Translations under genes and position numbers: made by a program
Origin: Promethearchaeota archaeon
GTDB lineage: Archaea > Asgardarchaeota > Lokiarchaeia > Sigyniarchaeales > SOKP01
DNA length: 45,373 nt
Direction of reading: 5' to 3'
Assembly (NCBI GenBank): GCA_016839705.1
Contig: JAEOTR010000037.1
Coordinates: 1 to 45,373 of the forward strand
Shown here: piece by piece, positions 28,337-38,579 of the stretch
Position numbering within the stretch: the first letter of the stretch is position 1
Layout of the letters: each line of letters opens with the position of its first letter
Notes under the pieces: generated by a model
Seen by the model: only the letters and a program-made list of their open reading frames with translations
Told to the model about the DNA's origin: nothing
The model's database searches: none

Positions 28337-29824
28337 TTATTCAAATCTTCTACGATAATTAGCATAATCACATATTTTTGTTAACGTATTAACAGGGCGG
28401 TCCCAGAATTGAAAAACAATCCCACCGTGTTCTCTTATCTTTTTTGACCACTCATCTGCATAACTTTGAGGGTTAATGTATATTACAGGAACAGAATATT
28501 TGTGAGACGCTTTAATTGTTGGAGGGATCAAAAATGTATCCATCTCTTGCATTCTATCTTCCATATCAGTTCTCATTTCTAAATATTGAGAAATACGACT
28601 ATTTTGTTGTTCAGATGCTGCAAGAGATCCAAATCCCATTGCCCCATATATTATAATTATATCAATTTCCCCAGATTTCATTAATATTTTTGGAAAGTTT
28701 ATATATAGGTTAAAGATGTTCATGTCAAAGGTAATATCGATAGGATTCCTCCAACTTGCAGTATGAGGTAACATACTTTTAAATTTTGCTTGAAGAGCAT
28801 CTGAAAACTCCGGTACAGTTAATCCATTTCTTTCTGCATTGTTTGCAATAAGAGCTCCTGGTCCTCCTGAATGGGTAATTATCCCAATACGTTTTCCTTT
28901 GGGATATGGAAAACTCGGAGTTAAAAGAATAGAAGAAATATCTAAGAATTCTTCAACATTATCCGTTTTTATAATACCAGTTTCTTTAATCATAGCATCA
29001 AATATTTTCATATTAGCTCCGATTGACCCCGTATGGCTCTTGATGGCACGATTTCCTGCTTCCGAACCCCCTCCATAAATTGTTATTATTGGCTTTTTTG
29101 GGGTGATTTCTTTTGCTAATTGGATAAATTTTTTTCCTCTCTTAATTTCTTCAATGTATAATCCAACTACTTTAGTCTCATCATCATCTTTAAAATATTC
29201 TAAAAAATCTACTAAATCTATATTAGCTTCATTCCCTAATGATATCGATTTACCCGCGTTAAAATCCGGATATTCAGGATCTAACCAGAGTTGACTAGCT
29301 AGTGTTCCACTTTGAGAAGCAATAGAAAACTTGCTCCGTTTCAATTGTTCTCGCCACATCATTGTATTGAATTTTCCGTCACCTTCTGGATAAATCCAGC
29401 TATTATAGAGTCCTAGACAATTTGGACCCGTAAATCTAATTCCATAAGAATTAGCTATTTCAATAATTTCATCTGTTAGAGTATTTGTTCGATCTCCTAT
29501 GAGTTCCCTAAAACCTCCGGAGATTAACACAATCCTTTTAACCCCTTTCTCTCCACATTCTTTAAAAACTTGAGGTACGACTTTGGGTGGAAGTACAATA
29601 ACAACCAGATCTGGGATTTCGGGAACATCCGCAATTTTCTTATAAGCTTTATAACCCAAAACTATATCCAATTTAAGATGTATAGGAAAGATTTTACCTC
29701 TGAAATTCGAATTGATAATTCTTAGGAGAAGCATGGTGCCCATTGTTGTACCGAAAGTGTTATTAGCACCGTAAATGGCAATACTTGCGGGATTAAGGAA
29801 ACCGTGTAAAAAATGGTCTGACAT
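28337..29824 (-). CDS. ADP-forming acyl-CoA synthetase alpha subunit (AcdA-like)
   Basis: NPASIAIYGA, GPNCLG, SQSG, GNEANID, catalytic SHTG, THSGGPG, NPIDIT; no ATP-grasp beta domain. Confidence 0.85.
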   Translation of the reverse strand: MSDHFLHGFLNPASIAIYGANNTFGTTMGTMLLLRIINSNFRGKIFPIHLKLDIVLGYKAYKKIADVPEIPDLVVIVLPPKVVPQVFKECGEKGVKRIVLISGGFRELIGDRTNTLTDEIIEIANSYGIRFTGPNCLGLYNSWIYPEGDGKFNTMMWREQLKRSKFSIASQSGTLASQLWLDPEYPDFNAGKSISLGNEANIDLVDFLEYFKDDDETKVVGLYIEEIKRGKKFIQLAKEITPKKPIITIYGGGSEAGNRAIKSHTGSIGANMKIFDAMIKETGIIKTDNVEEFLDISSILLTPSFPYPKGKRIGIITHSGGPGALIANNAERNGLTVPEFSDALQAKFKSMLPHTASWRNPIDITFDMNIFNLYINFPKILMKSGEIDIIIIYGAMGFGSLAASEQQNSRISQYLEMRTDMEDRMQEMDTFLIPPTIKASHKYSVPVIYINPQSYADEWSKKIREHGGIVFQFWDRPVNTLTKICDYANYRRRFE

Positions 29825-30015
29825 GGTTTATTTCTTTACTTTTCTGTGAGAGTTAAAAAATTTAAAACTAAATAGAAAAATAAATCCAAATTTTAATACT
29901 TAATCAGTTAGAAATCTAGCATTTGAATAGTAAAAAATATAAAGAACAAAATTTAATCCAAATTAAAATACTTAAAACAATTTTAAGAAAAGAAATAAAA
30001 TTAAATGTGATTTAA

Positions 30016-31119
30016 ATGACAATAGAAACAAATATTACCAAAATGTTTGGTATTAAACACCCCATTTTTTCTGCTGCGATGGGACCTTTTTATACCACAG
30101 ATCTTTGTGTGGCAGTTAGTGAGGCGGGTGGATTGGGCGTTTTATCCCATACTACAATAAAACGCGGTGCGGATATTGGTTCTGAAACTACAACTAGCTC
30201 AGCAAGATTGGGTGCTGATGCTGTAGAAGCTATGAAAGAGAACATGAAGTTTGTTGTAGAACATACAGACAAACCTTTCGGTTTTAATATCAGAACTTCC
30301 AGAAATGAGGTACAGGCACCTATAATGTGCAGTGAAATTCCTAAATTTATTATGGAGAATCAAAGATTAAGAGATCAGTGTATTTATGCTCTGACAAGTG
30401 CGGGTTCGTCTAGGACATTACCTCAAAGCAAATCATTTCAAGAACTAAAAGAAAAATCTGAGATAAAACATTTTCATGTTGCTCCCGCTTTATGGTTAGC
30501 GGATAAATGTGTTGCATCTGGGGTGGATGGAATGGTTGTAACTGGCGGGGAAGGGGGAGGTCATCAATCATACGAAAAAGTAAGTACTCTCGTATTGCTT
30601 CAACAAGTTCATAAAAAGCATCCTGATTTTCCAATAATTGCTTGTGGAGGTTTTGCTACTGGTGCGGGTTTAGCTGCAGCATTGAGTATGGGTGCGGGAG
30701 GTATTGCAATGGGTTCACGTTTTATTGCCAGTAAAGATGCTGAATTTCATGAAGGGTATAAAGGGGTTGTACCTCCATCTAAAGCTCAGGATACAGTATT
30801 AGTCACAGGTGCTTTAGGACCTATTCGTTTGTGGAAGAATGAGTATAGTCTTCACCATGGACTTGTAGCTAATAAAGATGAAAAAATAGCGGAAGAACAA
30901 AGAGTTGCCCAGATGACTCGTGAAGAACTGATACAAGAATACATTGCATCTGCAAATGCATATCTAGCGGCTTATAGGGGTGACGTTAAATCAGGAGCGG
31001 TTCTTTTGGGCCAGAGTATTGGTGTAATTGATAGCATCGAAAGTGTATCCGATATAATCAATGATATTGTTTCAGAAGCAGAAGGATTAATAAAGAACGC
31101 TGCGGCAAAAATAAAATAA
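30016..31119 (+). CDS. Nitronate monooxygenase/FabK-like flavoprotein
   Basis: AVSEAGGLG, KPFGFN, GEGGGH, IIACGG, MGSRF, GQSIG. Confidence 0.85.
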   Translation: MTIETNITKMFGIKHPIFSAAMGPFYTTDLCVAVSEAGGLGVLSHTTIKRGADIGSETTTSSARLGADAVEAMKENMKFVVEHTDKPFGFNIRTSRNEVQAPIMCSEIPKFIMENQRLRDQCIYALTSAGSSRTLPQSKSFQELKEKSEIKHFHVAPALWLADKCVASGVDGMVVTGGEGGGHQSYEKVSTLVLLQQVHKKHPDFPIIACGGFATGAGLAAALSMGAGGIAMGSRFIASKDAEFHEGYKGVVPPSKAQDTVLVTGALGPIRLWKNEYSLHHGLVANKDEKIAEEQRVAQMTREELIQEYIASANAYLAAYRGDVKSGAVLLGQSIGVIDSIESVSDIINDIVSEAEGLIKNAAAKIK

Positions 31120-31133
31120 ATTTACTATTATTC

Positions 31134-31165
31134 ATCCCTTTAATGGGATCTCTTTATTTTTTTTA
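31134..31165. terminator. Stem-loop plus T tract between convergent genes
   Basis: ATCCC-TTTAAT-GGGAT followed by a T-rich run. Confidence 0.3.
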
Positions 31166-31190
31166 AAAAATAAGAAGAAAATATGGAATC

Positions 31191-32813
31191 TTACTTATTT
31201 AAACGATTGTAAGTTTTTCCCATTATCTTATAGATGTTTAGATATTCCTTGAAGAGTTTGTCATATACTTTCCGATTCTCTGGATTAGGTGTAAAAATTT
31301 TTGATATCTCGCAACATTTTTCGATCTCATCCCATTTAAGATACCCTAGACTAACCGAAGCAATATAAGCGGCACCACGAGCATTTGTTTGAATTGGATC
31401 ATGAACTTGTTTTATTTTTCTGTCAAGTACATCTGCAAAAATTTGACACCATATTTCACTTTGAGCACCCCCACCAATTATATTAAGTTCTGGTATGACA
31501 GGACTATTCTTTGAAATTCCTCGTTCGTTTATAACCCATTTTCTGATAAAATTTTCAATTACAGAGAGTAACCACTTTACATTATAAGTTACTCCTTCAA
31601 AGATAGCTCTTATAATATGTTCTCGAGACATTTCATATGATAAATTATACAAGCCTCCACGTATGGTTGCATCATCTACAGGTGATCTTTCCCCAATGAG
31701 CCATGGTGTAAAAATAAGGTTGTTTGAACCCGCGGGAACGGTCTCTACTATCCTATCAAAAATCTTGTAAACATCAGGTAAGGCTTCTTCTCTTAAAAGA
31801 TCGTCTTTATGATACAAAATGTTGTCTCTGAGATAGGATAAAGAACCACCAGCAAGCTGTTGTTCATTTCCCACCATATATCTTCCAGGTATAGCAGAAG
31901 GTATACTCCCCAAATTATGAATAATATCTGTTTTCTTATAGGGTATGTGAGTAAAAATCCAATCACTTGTGCCAACATAAATATGTCCTTCATAATCACC
32001 AATAGCACCAGACCCAATAGTTGCAGTATGTATATCCGGCGCCCCCATAACGACTTTAGTGTTTTTATCTAAGCCAAGCTCATCTGCAACATCTTTCTTA
32101 ATTGGCCCTAAAATATCGGTTGTGCTTTTTAAATCTGGAGGTAACTTGTTTTGGTCAACCTTGAATAATTTTAGTAATTTTCTAGAATAGTGAATATTAT
32201 TTAGATCTCTAGTATCTGTAACCCAATGAAGATGAATTGATGCCGTAGAAGCGGCAAATATTCCAGTTAATTTCATATTAACATAATCTTGTGGTTCTAG
32301 AAACTTGTATGCTCTATCATAAATATCTGGAAGTTCGCTCTTAATCGTTAAAATATGGCCGATAGGGTCTTTACCATGTTGAGCTGGACCCCCAGCGGTT
32401 CTCTTTATAAAGCTTATTATTTTTCTTACATTATAACCAGCTACTTTCAGTAATCCTTTATTGAGTTTTTCTATATATTTAGCCCCCCGTGTATCCATCC
32501 AAATAATAGCATTCATTAAATGATTGCCATCCTTATCCAACGGCACTGTTCCACTCCATTGACTAGTATTACACACACCAACAATATCTTCAACTTTAAC
32601 TTTACCACTTTCTATCACCTTTTTGGCAGTATTTTTAATAGCATTCCACCAATCTTCTGGATCTTGTTCAACGGCTCCTCCTTTGAGTGCATGGACTGGT
32701 GTTTCTTGAAAAGCCCAATCAATTACTTCACCTTGCGTAGATACAATTGCGGATTTAGGACCACCAGTTCCATGATCTATTGCTAAAATATATTTTAATT
32801 CCGAGTCTGACAT
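31191..32813 (-). CDS. FGGY-family carbohydrate kinase (xylulokinase-like)
   Basis: AIDHGTGGPK, EQDPEDWW, WMDTR, GTS, GERSP, RAIFEG, GGGAQS. Confidence 0.9.
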   Translation of the reverse strand: MSDSELKYILAIDHGTGGPKSAIVSTQGEVIDWAFQETPVHALKGGAVEQDPEDWWNAIKNTAKKVIESGKVKVEDIVGVCNTSQWSGTVPLDKDGNHLMNAIIWMDTRGAKYIEKLNKGLLKVAGYNVRKIISFIKRTAGGPAQHGKDPIGHILTIKSELPDIYDRAYKFLEPQDYVNMKLTGIFAASTASIHLHWVTDTRDLNNIHYSRKLLKLFKVDQNKLPPDLKSTTDILGPIKKDVADELGLDKNTKVVMGAPDIHTATIGSGAIGDYEGHIYVGTSDWIFTHIPYKKTDIIHNLGSIPSAIPGRYMVGNEQQLAGGSLSYLRDNILYHKDDLLREEALPDVYKIFDRIVETVPAGSNNLIFTPWLIGERSPVDDATIRGGLYNLSYEMSREHIIRAIFEGVTYNVKWLLSVIENFIRKWVINERGISKNSPVIPELNIIGGGAQSEIWCQIFADVLDRKIKQVHDPIQTNARGAAYIASVSLGYLKWDEIEKCCEISKIFTPNPENRKVYDKLFKEYLNIYKIMGKTYNRLNK

Positions 32814-33022
32814 ATTTAATATTTATGTTGTTAAAGTAAATAAAGATTTTTGAAACACATGAATATAGAGAGTATAGCAATCATGATAAAACATAAAAGA
32901 ATTTTTCTATATGATGGTTAAAATCTACCACCCCTAAATTAAGACTAATTTAACCTACTTTTAAATACCAAATTTTTTTTTATACATATAGGTATAAGTT
33001 AATTTATAAGTTAATTTTAATA

Positions 33023-35176
33023 ATGGATTACATGCAAAATCTACGAGGATACTTCTTCAATTTTCAAAGTACTGGAAAATACAAAACTCTTAAGATGTAC
33101 TTCGCTATCTCAATAATTATTTTATTTTCATTCAACTTACAATCAAATGTTCAAGCATTAAAGGAAACTCATTATAAAAAACATTGGATTAATGATTCTG
33201 AATTTACTAACTCAACTAGTCCGTGGTTCCCCGTAATTAATGGAGATATTTCAGATGTAAGTGCAAAAATTTCTTCTGAACAAGCAAATTATGAAATTTT
33301 AGGGGAGAAAGGTCTTTTTTCTTTAATTGCGGATCCTCCTTTAGATTCAAATTGGACTGCAGTAAGTAATACTGAATATCCAACTCTTCCTGAAAATGCA
33401 TATATTACCTCTGATGGATGTAGAGTTAGTCATGAATATGATGATCAAACTGCTGTGCAAAACCCAAGTGCACATTGGGATAGAAATTTTACCTTACCAG
33501 TTAACTTAACGGATTATATAATTACTTCTGCATCTATTGACTCCATTGTTTATGCAGACGCTAGCTTAAATATAGATAGAGCTGGCGATACTGAAGCTAG
33601 AAACGATCACGTAGACTCAATGGATACATATGATATCGGAGATTATGTCAGATTCTACATATTAATTTCAGATTTGGAGAAAGAAATTGTATACGAAGTT
33701 GCTCATCTTCAACCAGAAGATTTAGGATCAGGAGATCCTCCCGGAACGGATATTTTACCCGATACTAATATGATAACGGTTCCTGAAGAAGTCTTAATCT
33801 TTTACCTTACTTCGGTTTTAAACACAGACAAAAGCAATTTTACATTAACCTTAGGAATTAGACTTCATTTTGAAGATAATATTGCTGATAATTGGGATTA
33901 TGATAAATTTAACGAATTAATAATAAAATCCGTTAATTTAACATTCACTTATGAAAAGAAAATAGACCAAGCGACAATTATTTCATGGAATCAAATAGGA
34001 GATGCTATTAGTGGAAGCAAGATAGAAATAAAGAATGCTACTCTTAACTTCAAATATAAGATTGATCAAATGTGGCCTTTATCATTATCCTTTAATTCTG
34101 AGATGAGGATCTTAATCAATAATTATGAGATTGATAGATTCATTAAACTAAGCTCATTTAGCACCGAATTTCAAGAACTTAAGGTAGGTGGATTTGATGT
34201 TACCTCAAATATATTGAAAAATACAAATATTTCACTCTCCATTCAAATCTTTATCGCAGATGAATTTGCATTGAATCATCCAATTATAATATCAATTGAT
34301 GATGTTTATCTTGAGATATCATATGTAGCTTGGTCAGAAACGCCACCTTCAACTAATAATTTAATCTGGATTGCGTTTATAATTTCATTAATAGTTATCG
34401 CATTATTAGCATCTTTAAGTTTAAGATCTTATATATTCCAACCTCGCAAACGGAGAAAATTATCCCATTTACGGTTAAGAACCCAAAAGTTTAAGGATAT
34501 AAACAACATCCAAGGGATTATTTTAATTCATCACCCAAGCGGTCTTCCCATTTTCTCACATAGCTATTCTACATTAATGAAGGGTAAGAAGACTATCTTT
34601 TCAGGGTTTATTCAGGCACTCTCAATCATTGGCGAGGAGTTTTCTAAAGAAAATCAGACAATATCGAAAGATATTAAGTCCATTGATAAACTTGACTATC
34701 ATAATACAACAGAACTTGATCTAAAGAAATTTCAATGTCTCATCTTGGATATAGAAGAATTACGCACTGTGCTTATTTTAAAGTCGAAATCTTCAAAAAG
34801 ATTAAAACGAATTATGTTTAATTTTTCATTAGCACTATATCTGAACGTCTCAGAAGATCTAAAAAATTTTGATAACGATATAAGTAGCTTTCCCGAAAGA
34901 ATAATTCCACTTTTAGACGAGTACTTTGAATTGCATTATAAGGAAAATTTCATCACAGAATTATATGAAAAAGATATTCAGAGAATTAAAAAAGACTTTA
35001 AACTGTCTAAAATTCAAGTTCAAATTATGAATACGGTTTTTTTAATTTTGAGGGAGAAGTTGTCTTTCAGATTATTGAATATCATAGAAAAACTTGATGA
35101 AAGGAATGAAAATTCGGTTATTGATGCGATAGAATCATTAATCGAAAAAAAATTAATTATTCCGTATAATCAATAA
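33023..35176 (+). CDS. Single-pass membrane protein: ectodomain, TM helix, cytoplasmic longin-like domain
   Basis: Signal-like N-terminus (...NVQA), many NxS/T sequons, TM LIWIAFIISLIVIALLASLSL followed by RKRRK, then IILIHHPSGLPIFS...IFSGFIQAL. Confidence 0.7.
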   Translation: MDYMQNLRGYFFNFQSTGKYKTLKMYFAISIIILFSFNLQSNVQALKETHYKKHWINDSEFTNSTSPWFPVINGDISDVSAKISSEQANYEILGEKGLFSLIADPPLDSNWTAVSNTEYPTLPENAYITSDGCRVSHEYDDQTAVQNPSAHWDRNFTLPVNLTDYIITSASIDSIVYADASLNIDRAGDTEARNDHVDSMDTYDIGDYVRFYILISDLEKEIVYEVAHLQPEDLGSGDPPGTDILPDTNMITVPEEVLIFYLTSVLNTDKSNFTLTLGIRLHFEDNIADNWDYDKFNELIIKSVNLTFTYEKKIDQATIISWNQIGDAISGSKIEIKNATLNFKYKIDQMWPLSLSFNSEMRILINNYEIDRFIKLSSFSTEFQELKVGGFDVTSNILKNTNISLSIQIFIADEFALNHPIIISIDDVYLEISYVAWSETPPSTNNLIWIAFIISLIVIALLASLSLRSYIFQPRKRRKLSHLRLRTQKFKDINNIQGIILIHHPSGLPIFSHSYSTLMKGKKTIFSGFIQALSIIGEEFSKENQTISKDIKSIDKLDYHNTTELDLKKFQCLILDIEELRTVLILKSKSSKRLKRIMFNFSLALYLNVSEDLKNFDNDISSFPERIIPLLDEYFELHYKENFITELYEKDIQRIKKDFKLSKIQVQIMNTVFLILREKLSFRLLNIIEKLDERNENSVIDAIESLIEKKLIIPYNQ

Positions 35177-35256
35177 TTTGACTAAAAATAAACTTAATTT
35201 TTGATGTTACTGTTTTAATAATAATTTAGTTATTAAAATAAACGATTACTTAGATT

Positions 35257-36666
35257 GTGAACTTAACTATGAAATATGAAGATATTGAAGCTAAAATCGA
35301 AAATATTGTCAATAATCCAATAAGAAAATTTAAACCAGAGGAATTGAAAGGAATAATTGAAAGGTATCATAAAAACCACCCAAAATCAAAAAAGATTTAT
35401 GAAAGAATGCGAAAGATTATCCCTGGGGGTGTAGAGCATAATTTAGCCTTTAACCATCCTTTCCCTATAGCGAGTAAAAAAGTGTATGAATGTTACATGG
35501 AAACTGTTGATGATATAATTATGACAGATTATTTGATGTGTGGGGGACCAATTATACTTGGTCATCAATATCCTCCACTAATCGAAAAAGTAGTCAATGT
35601 TATTCAAGAAATAGGGCCCTGCCACGGAATTACAAACGAATATGAATATTTGGCAGCAGAGCAATTGCAAAAACACTTCCCTTCATGTCAAATAATTAGG
35701 TGGTTACAAACAGGTACAGAAGCAGATATGTTGGCGATTAGAATTGCCAGGGCATTTACAAACAGAAAATGGATTATTAAAATAGGTGGTAGTTATCATG
35801 GATGGAGTGATCAGCTTACTTATGACATGCATGTTCCAGGAACTAAGCTTTTAGAATCCCACGGGATACCTAAACCTGTGTTTAAATTTACTGATTCATG
35901 TCCCCCTAATGACATTGAAGAACTCCGTAGAATGTTTAAAGAAAAACGTAAAATTGCAGCTGTCATCATAGAGCCAATGGGTGGAGAGAGTGGCGCGATA
36001 CCCACAAGACCTGGTTTTAACAAGGAAGTTGAGGAATTGTGTCATGAAAATAGAACATTAATGATTTCTGACGAGGTTGTGTGCGCTTTTAGGCTTCATA
36101 TGGGCGGAGGGCAGGCTTATTACGGATACACTCCGGATATTTCTGTGTTTGGGAAAATCGTAGGTCATGGTTTCCCCTCTGCTGCTACTATTGGTGGACG
36201 TGCGGATGTAATGGCTATATGTGGTGCAGGAGTGGGTGGTGGAAAAAGAGCATATTCGGGGGGTACAATAGCGGCCAATCCATTAACATGTGCAGCAGCC
36301 TATTGGGCTATAAAGTTTGTTGAGGAAACTAACGCCACTGAAAAAGCAGGTAAAGCAGCAACTCGTTTGTCTACTGGTTTAAATGAAGCATTTGCTAAAT
36401 ATAACTTACCTTGGTTTTCCTATAATTTTGGTGGTACTGTACATTTCCAAACTAGTTGTGTTTTTGGATTAGATTTAAGCGATCCAAAACAATCAGGGCA
36501 AATACCAATTCGAAAGGACTTTATGGGTGAGATAGGTGCGGCACTAGTGGACCAAGAGTTAATCTCTGTTGCGGGAAGTCGGTTTTACACCTGTATGCTT
36601 CATACTGATGAGATTATCGATGATACCATTCAAAAAATAGAGAACATCTGCCAGAAAATTGAATAA
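35257..36666 (+). CDS. Class III aminotransferase (GSA-aminomutase-like)
   Basis: IPGGV, TGTEA, GSYHGWSD, IIEP, SDEV, PLP lysine FGK, GGTIAANP. Confidence 0.88.
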   Translation: MNLTMKYEDIEAKIENIVNNPIRKFKPEELKGIIERYHKNHPKSKKIYERMRKIIPGGVEHNLAFNHPFPIASKKVYECYMETVDDIIMTDYLMCGGPIILGHQYPPLIEKVVNVIQEIGPCHGITNEYEYLAAEQLQKHFPSCQIIRWLQTGTEADMLAIRIARAFTNRKWIIKIGGSYHGWSDQLTYDMHVPGTKLLESHGIPKPVFKFTDSCPPNDIEELRRMFKEKRKIAAVIIEPMGGESGAIPTRPGFNKEVEELCHENRTLMISDEVVCAFRLHMGGGQAYYGYTPDISVFGKIVGHGFPSAATIGGRADVMAICGAGVGGGKRAYSGGTIAANPLTCAAAYWAIKFVEETNATEKAGKAATRLSTGLNEAFAKYNLPWFSYNFGGTVHFQTSCVFGLDLSDPKQSGQIPIRKDFMGEIGAALVDQELISVAGSRFYTCMLHTDEIIDDTIQKIENICQKIE

Positions 36667-36669
36667 GCT

Positions 36670-37932
36670 TTAGGTCTTAAAAGCCCATTCTCCTTTTCTC
36701 ATTATAGGTTCAACAGTTCCGTCTTCCTTTATTCCGTCGACATTCATTTCTTCTGATCCTATCATAAAATCTAAATGAAATAGGCACTTATTACCACCAG
36801 CGATAGAGAATTCCTCATCCGACATGGTTTCACCGTTCTCTAAGCAAGTTCTTAAACCATTACCCAAAGCAATATGACAGGATGCATTTTCATCAATTAG
36901 AATGTTATAAAACAGTATACCAGACTGGGAAATGGGAGAATTATGGGGGACTAACGATACTTCACCTAATCGAGATGCTCCCTCATTTGTTTCGAGCAAA
37001 TTACGTAAGAATTTTTCACCAGTTTTAGCAGTAGCTTTGATAACTTTTCCCTTAGAGAATGTTAAACTTAATTCTTCGATTAAAACATCCGTTACTAGTG
37101 GTTTAGTTGCAGTAACTGTCCCTTCTGTTTTATCCATATGAGGTGTAGTGAATATTTCTTCTGTAGGAATGTTCACCACATTACTAATCCCCCCTTGAGT
37201 AGTAAAATAAGCATTCTTCCAAATATGTCTTTGAGGTAACCCTATTGTTAGATCGGTTTTAGGTGCTCTAAATCTAAGTGAACGATATCTTTTCTGATTT
37301 AAATAAGATGACTTTGTTGTTAGTTGATCGATGTGATCTTGCCACTTTGAGATTGGATCTTTATGTTTAATCCGACAAATATCAAAAATAATATCCCAAA
37401 GTTTTGTTTTTCGCTCCTCTTGAGGGATATTGGGAAGGACTTTATCTACCCAGCCATCTATAGGGGCGGCTACAGCTGTCCAGTTTACCATTCCTTTCCT
37501 ACGTAAGTCACTTGAAGGTTTATTATATGTTAGAGAGGTTTTGCGAGCAGTTAAAATTAAATCAGAATCTTGCCCTGAAAGTAAATCAGGATTTAAAATC
37601 GGAAAGATAAGCATTGCATCAGCTTCTTTAGCTATATTAAATCCCGCATCTGCCCTCCATTTTGGGTACTCTTCAAATGAGTCTCTGGGAGCATTCTGGT
37701 ATCGAATCAAGCGTATCTTATCATCATCCCATAGTACATCAACCAACCTAGCCCCAACTTGATAAGCCTTTTTGACAACCATTCTTATTAACGGAGCTAA
37801 TTCAAGTGGTATACCATATCTGGATGCTGAAGGGGCACCAATTAATAAACGTTGTCCAGGTTGTAGATTTAATCCAACTTTAACAATTACTTCTGCATAC
37901 TTTTCTAAATTTTGTTCAAATTCCGAAGACAT
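36670..37932 (-). CDS. M29-family aminopeptidase (AmpS/AmpT)
   Basis: NIPTEEIFTTP, LGEVSLV, DENASCHIALG, HLDFMIG. Confidence 0.92.
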   Translation of the reverse strand: MSSEFEQNLEKYAEVIVKVGLNLQPGQRLLIGAPSASRYGIPLELAPLIRMVVKKAYQVGARLVDVLWDDDKIRLIRYQNAPRDSFEEYPKWRADAGFNIAKEADAMLIFPILNPDLLSGQDSDLILTARKTSLTYNKPSSDLRRKGMVNWTAVAAPIDGWVDKVLPNIPQEERKTKLWDIIFDICRIKHKDPISKWQDHIDQLTTKSSYLNQKRYRSLRFRAPKTDLTIGLPQRHIWKNAYFTTQGGISNVVNIPTEEIFTTPHMDKTEGTVTATKPLVTDVLIEELSLTFSKGKVIKATAKTGEKFLRNLLETNEGASRLGEVSLVPHNSPISQSGILFYNILIDENASCHIALGNGLRTCLENGETMSDEEFSIAGGNKCLFHLDFMIGSEEMNVDGIKEDGTVEPIMRKGEWAFKT

Positions 37933-38085
37933 TCTTAACTTTCCTACGACTTGATAATCAAAAATTAAATAAATGATATAATAATTCGTACTTCATAAAG
38001 TTACCAAACTAAATGAAAAGCATAGAATAATACTTTTCAAATAATAATTTGAGAATTTAATAGTATGCTATTTAATGAAAGGTGG

Positions 38086-38433
38086 TTATTTAGGCATATA
38101 GAATTTGCATAAATTACACTGATTTGCTCTTAATCTTCTTTCTGGGCCTAAGATTATAAGCCTTTCTGTCATATCCCCACCACATTTCGGGCAACTCTTA
38201 GCAAAATTATCTTTAATTGAATTTAAAACATTTTGAATTCCTTTTTCTAACTTTATTAATTCTACCGCGTTTTCAATTATTTTTTCAGCGGATACCATGC
38301 CTATACCTTTAATCCATGCCAATTCTTTAGGTTTAGAATTTGCTATCTCATCAATTGATTTAATACCAGCATTCATTAACCTTTCCGCAGCAGTAGGTCC
38401 AATTCCTCTTACACGTACCAATTCCTCAATCAT
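38086..38433 (-). CDS. Helix-hairpin-helix plus Zn-ribbon protein
   Basis: Two HhH motifs (VRGIGP, IKGIGM), then CPKC...CNLC. Confidence 0.75.
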   Translation of the reverse strand: MIEELVRVRGIGPTAAERLMNAGIKSIDEIANSKPKELAWIKGIGMVSAEKIIENAVELIKLEKGIQNVLNSIKDNFAKSCPKCGGDMTERLIILGPERRLRANQCNLCKFYMPK

Positions 38434-38579
38434 AAATAACCCAAATTAAAGGATATGTATATATGACTTTAAAAAAATCTTTATCTAGATCGTTATGAAT
38501 CTTTAATTTCAACTATTCTATATAATATAATTGTAATTAGTTAAAATAAAATTTAAGTTGAAAGAATAAAAAAAAAGAT

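Noticed and set aside
35257-36666. hemL gene symbol
   Set aside because: GSA-aminomutase-like family, but it has an N-terminal extension and no tetrapyrrole genes nearby, so the substrate is uncertain
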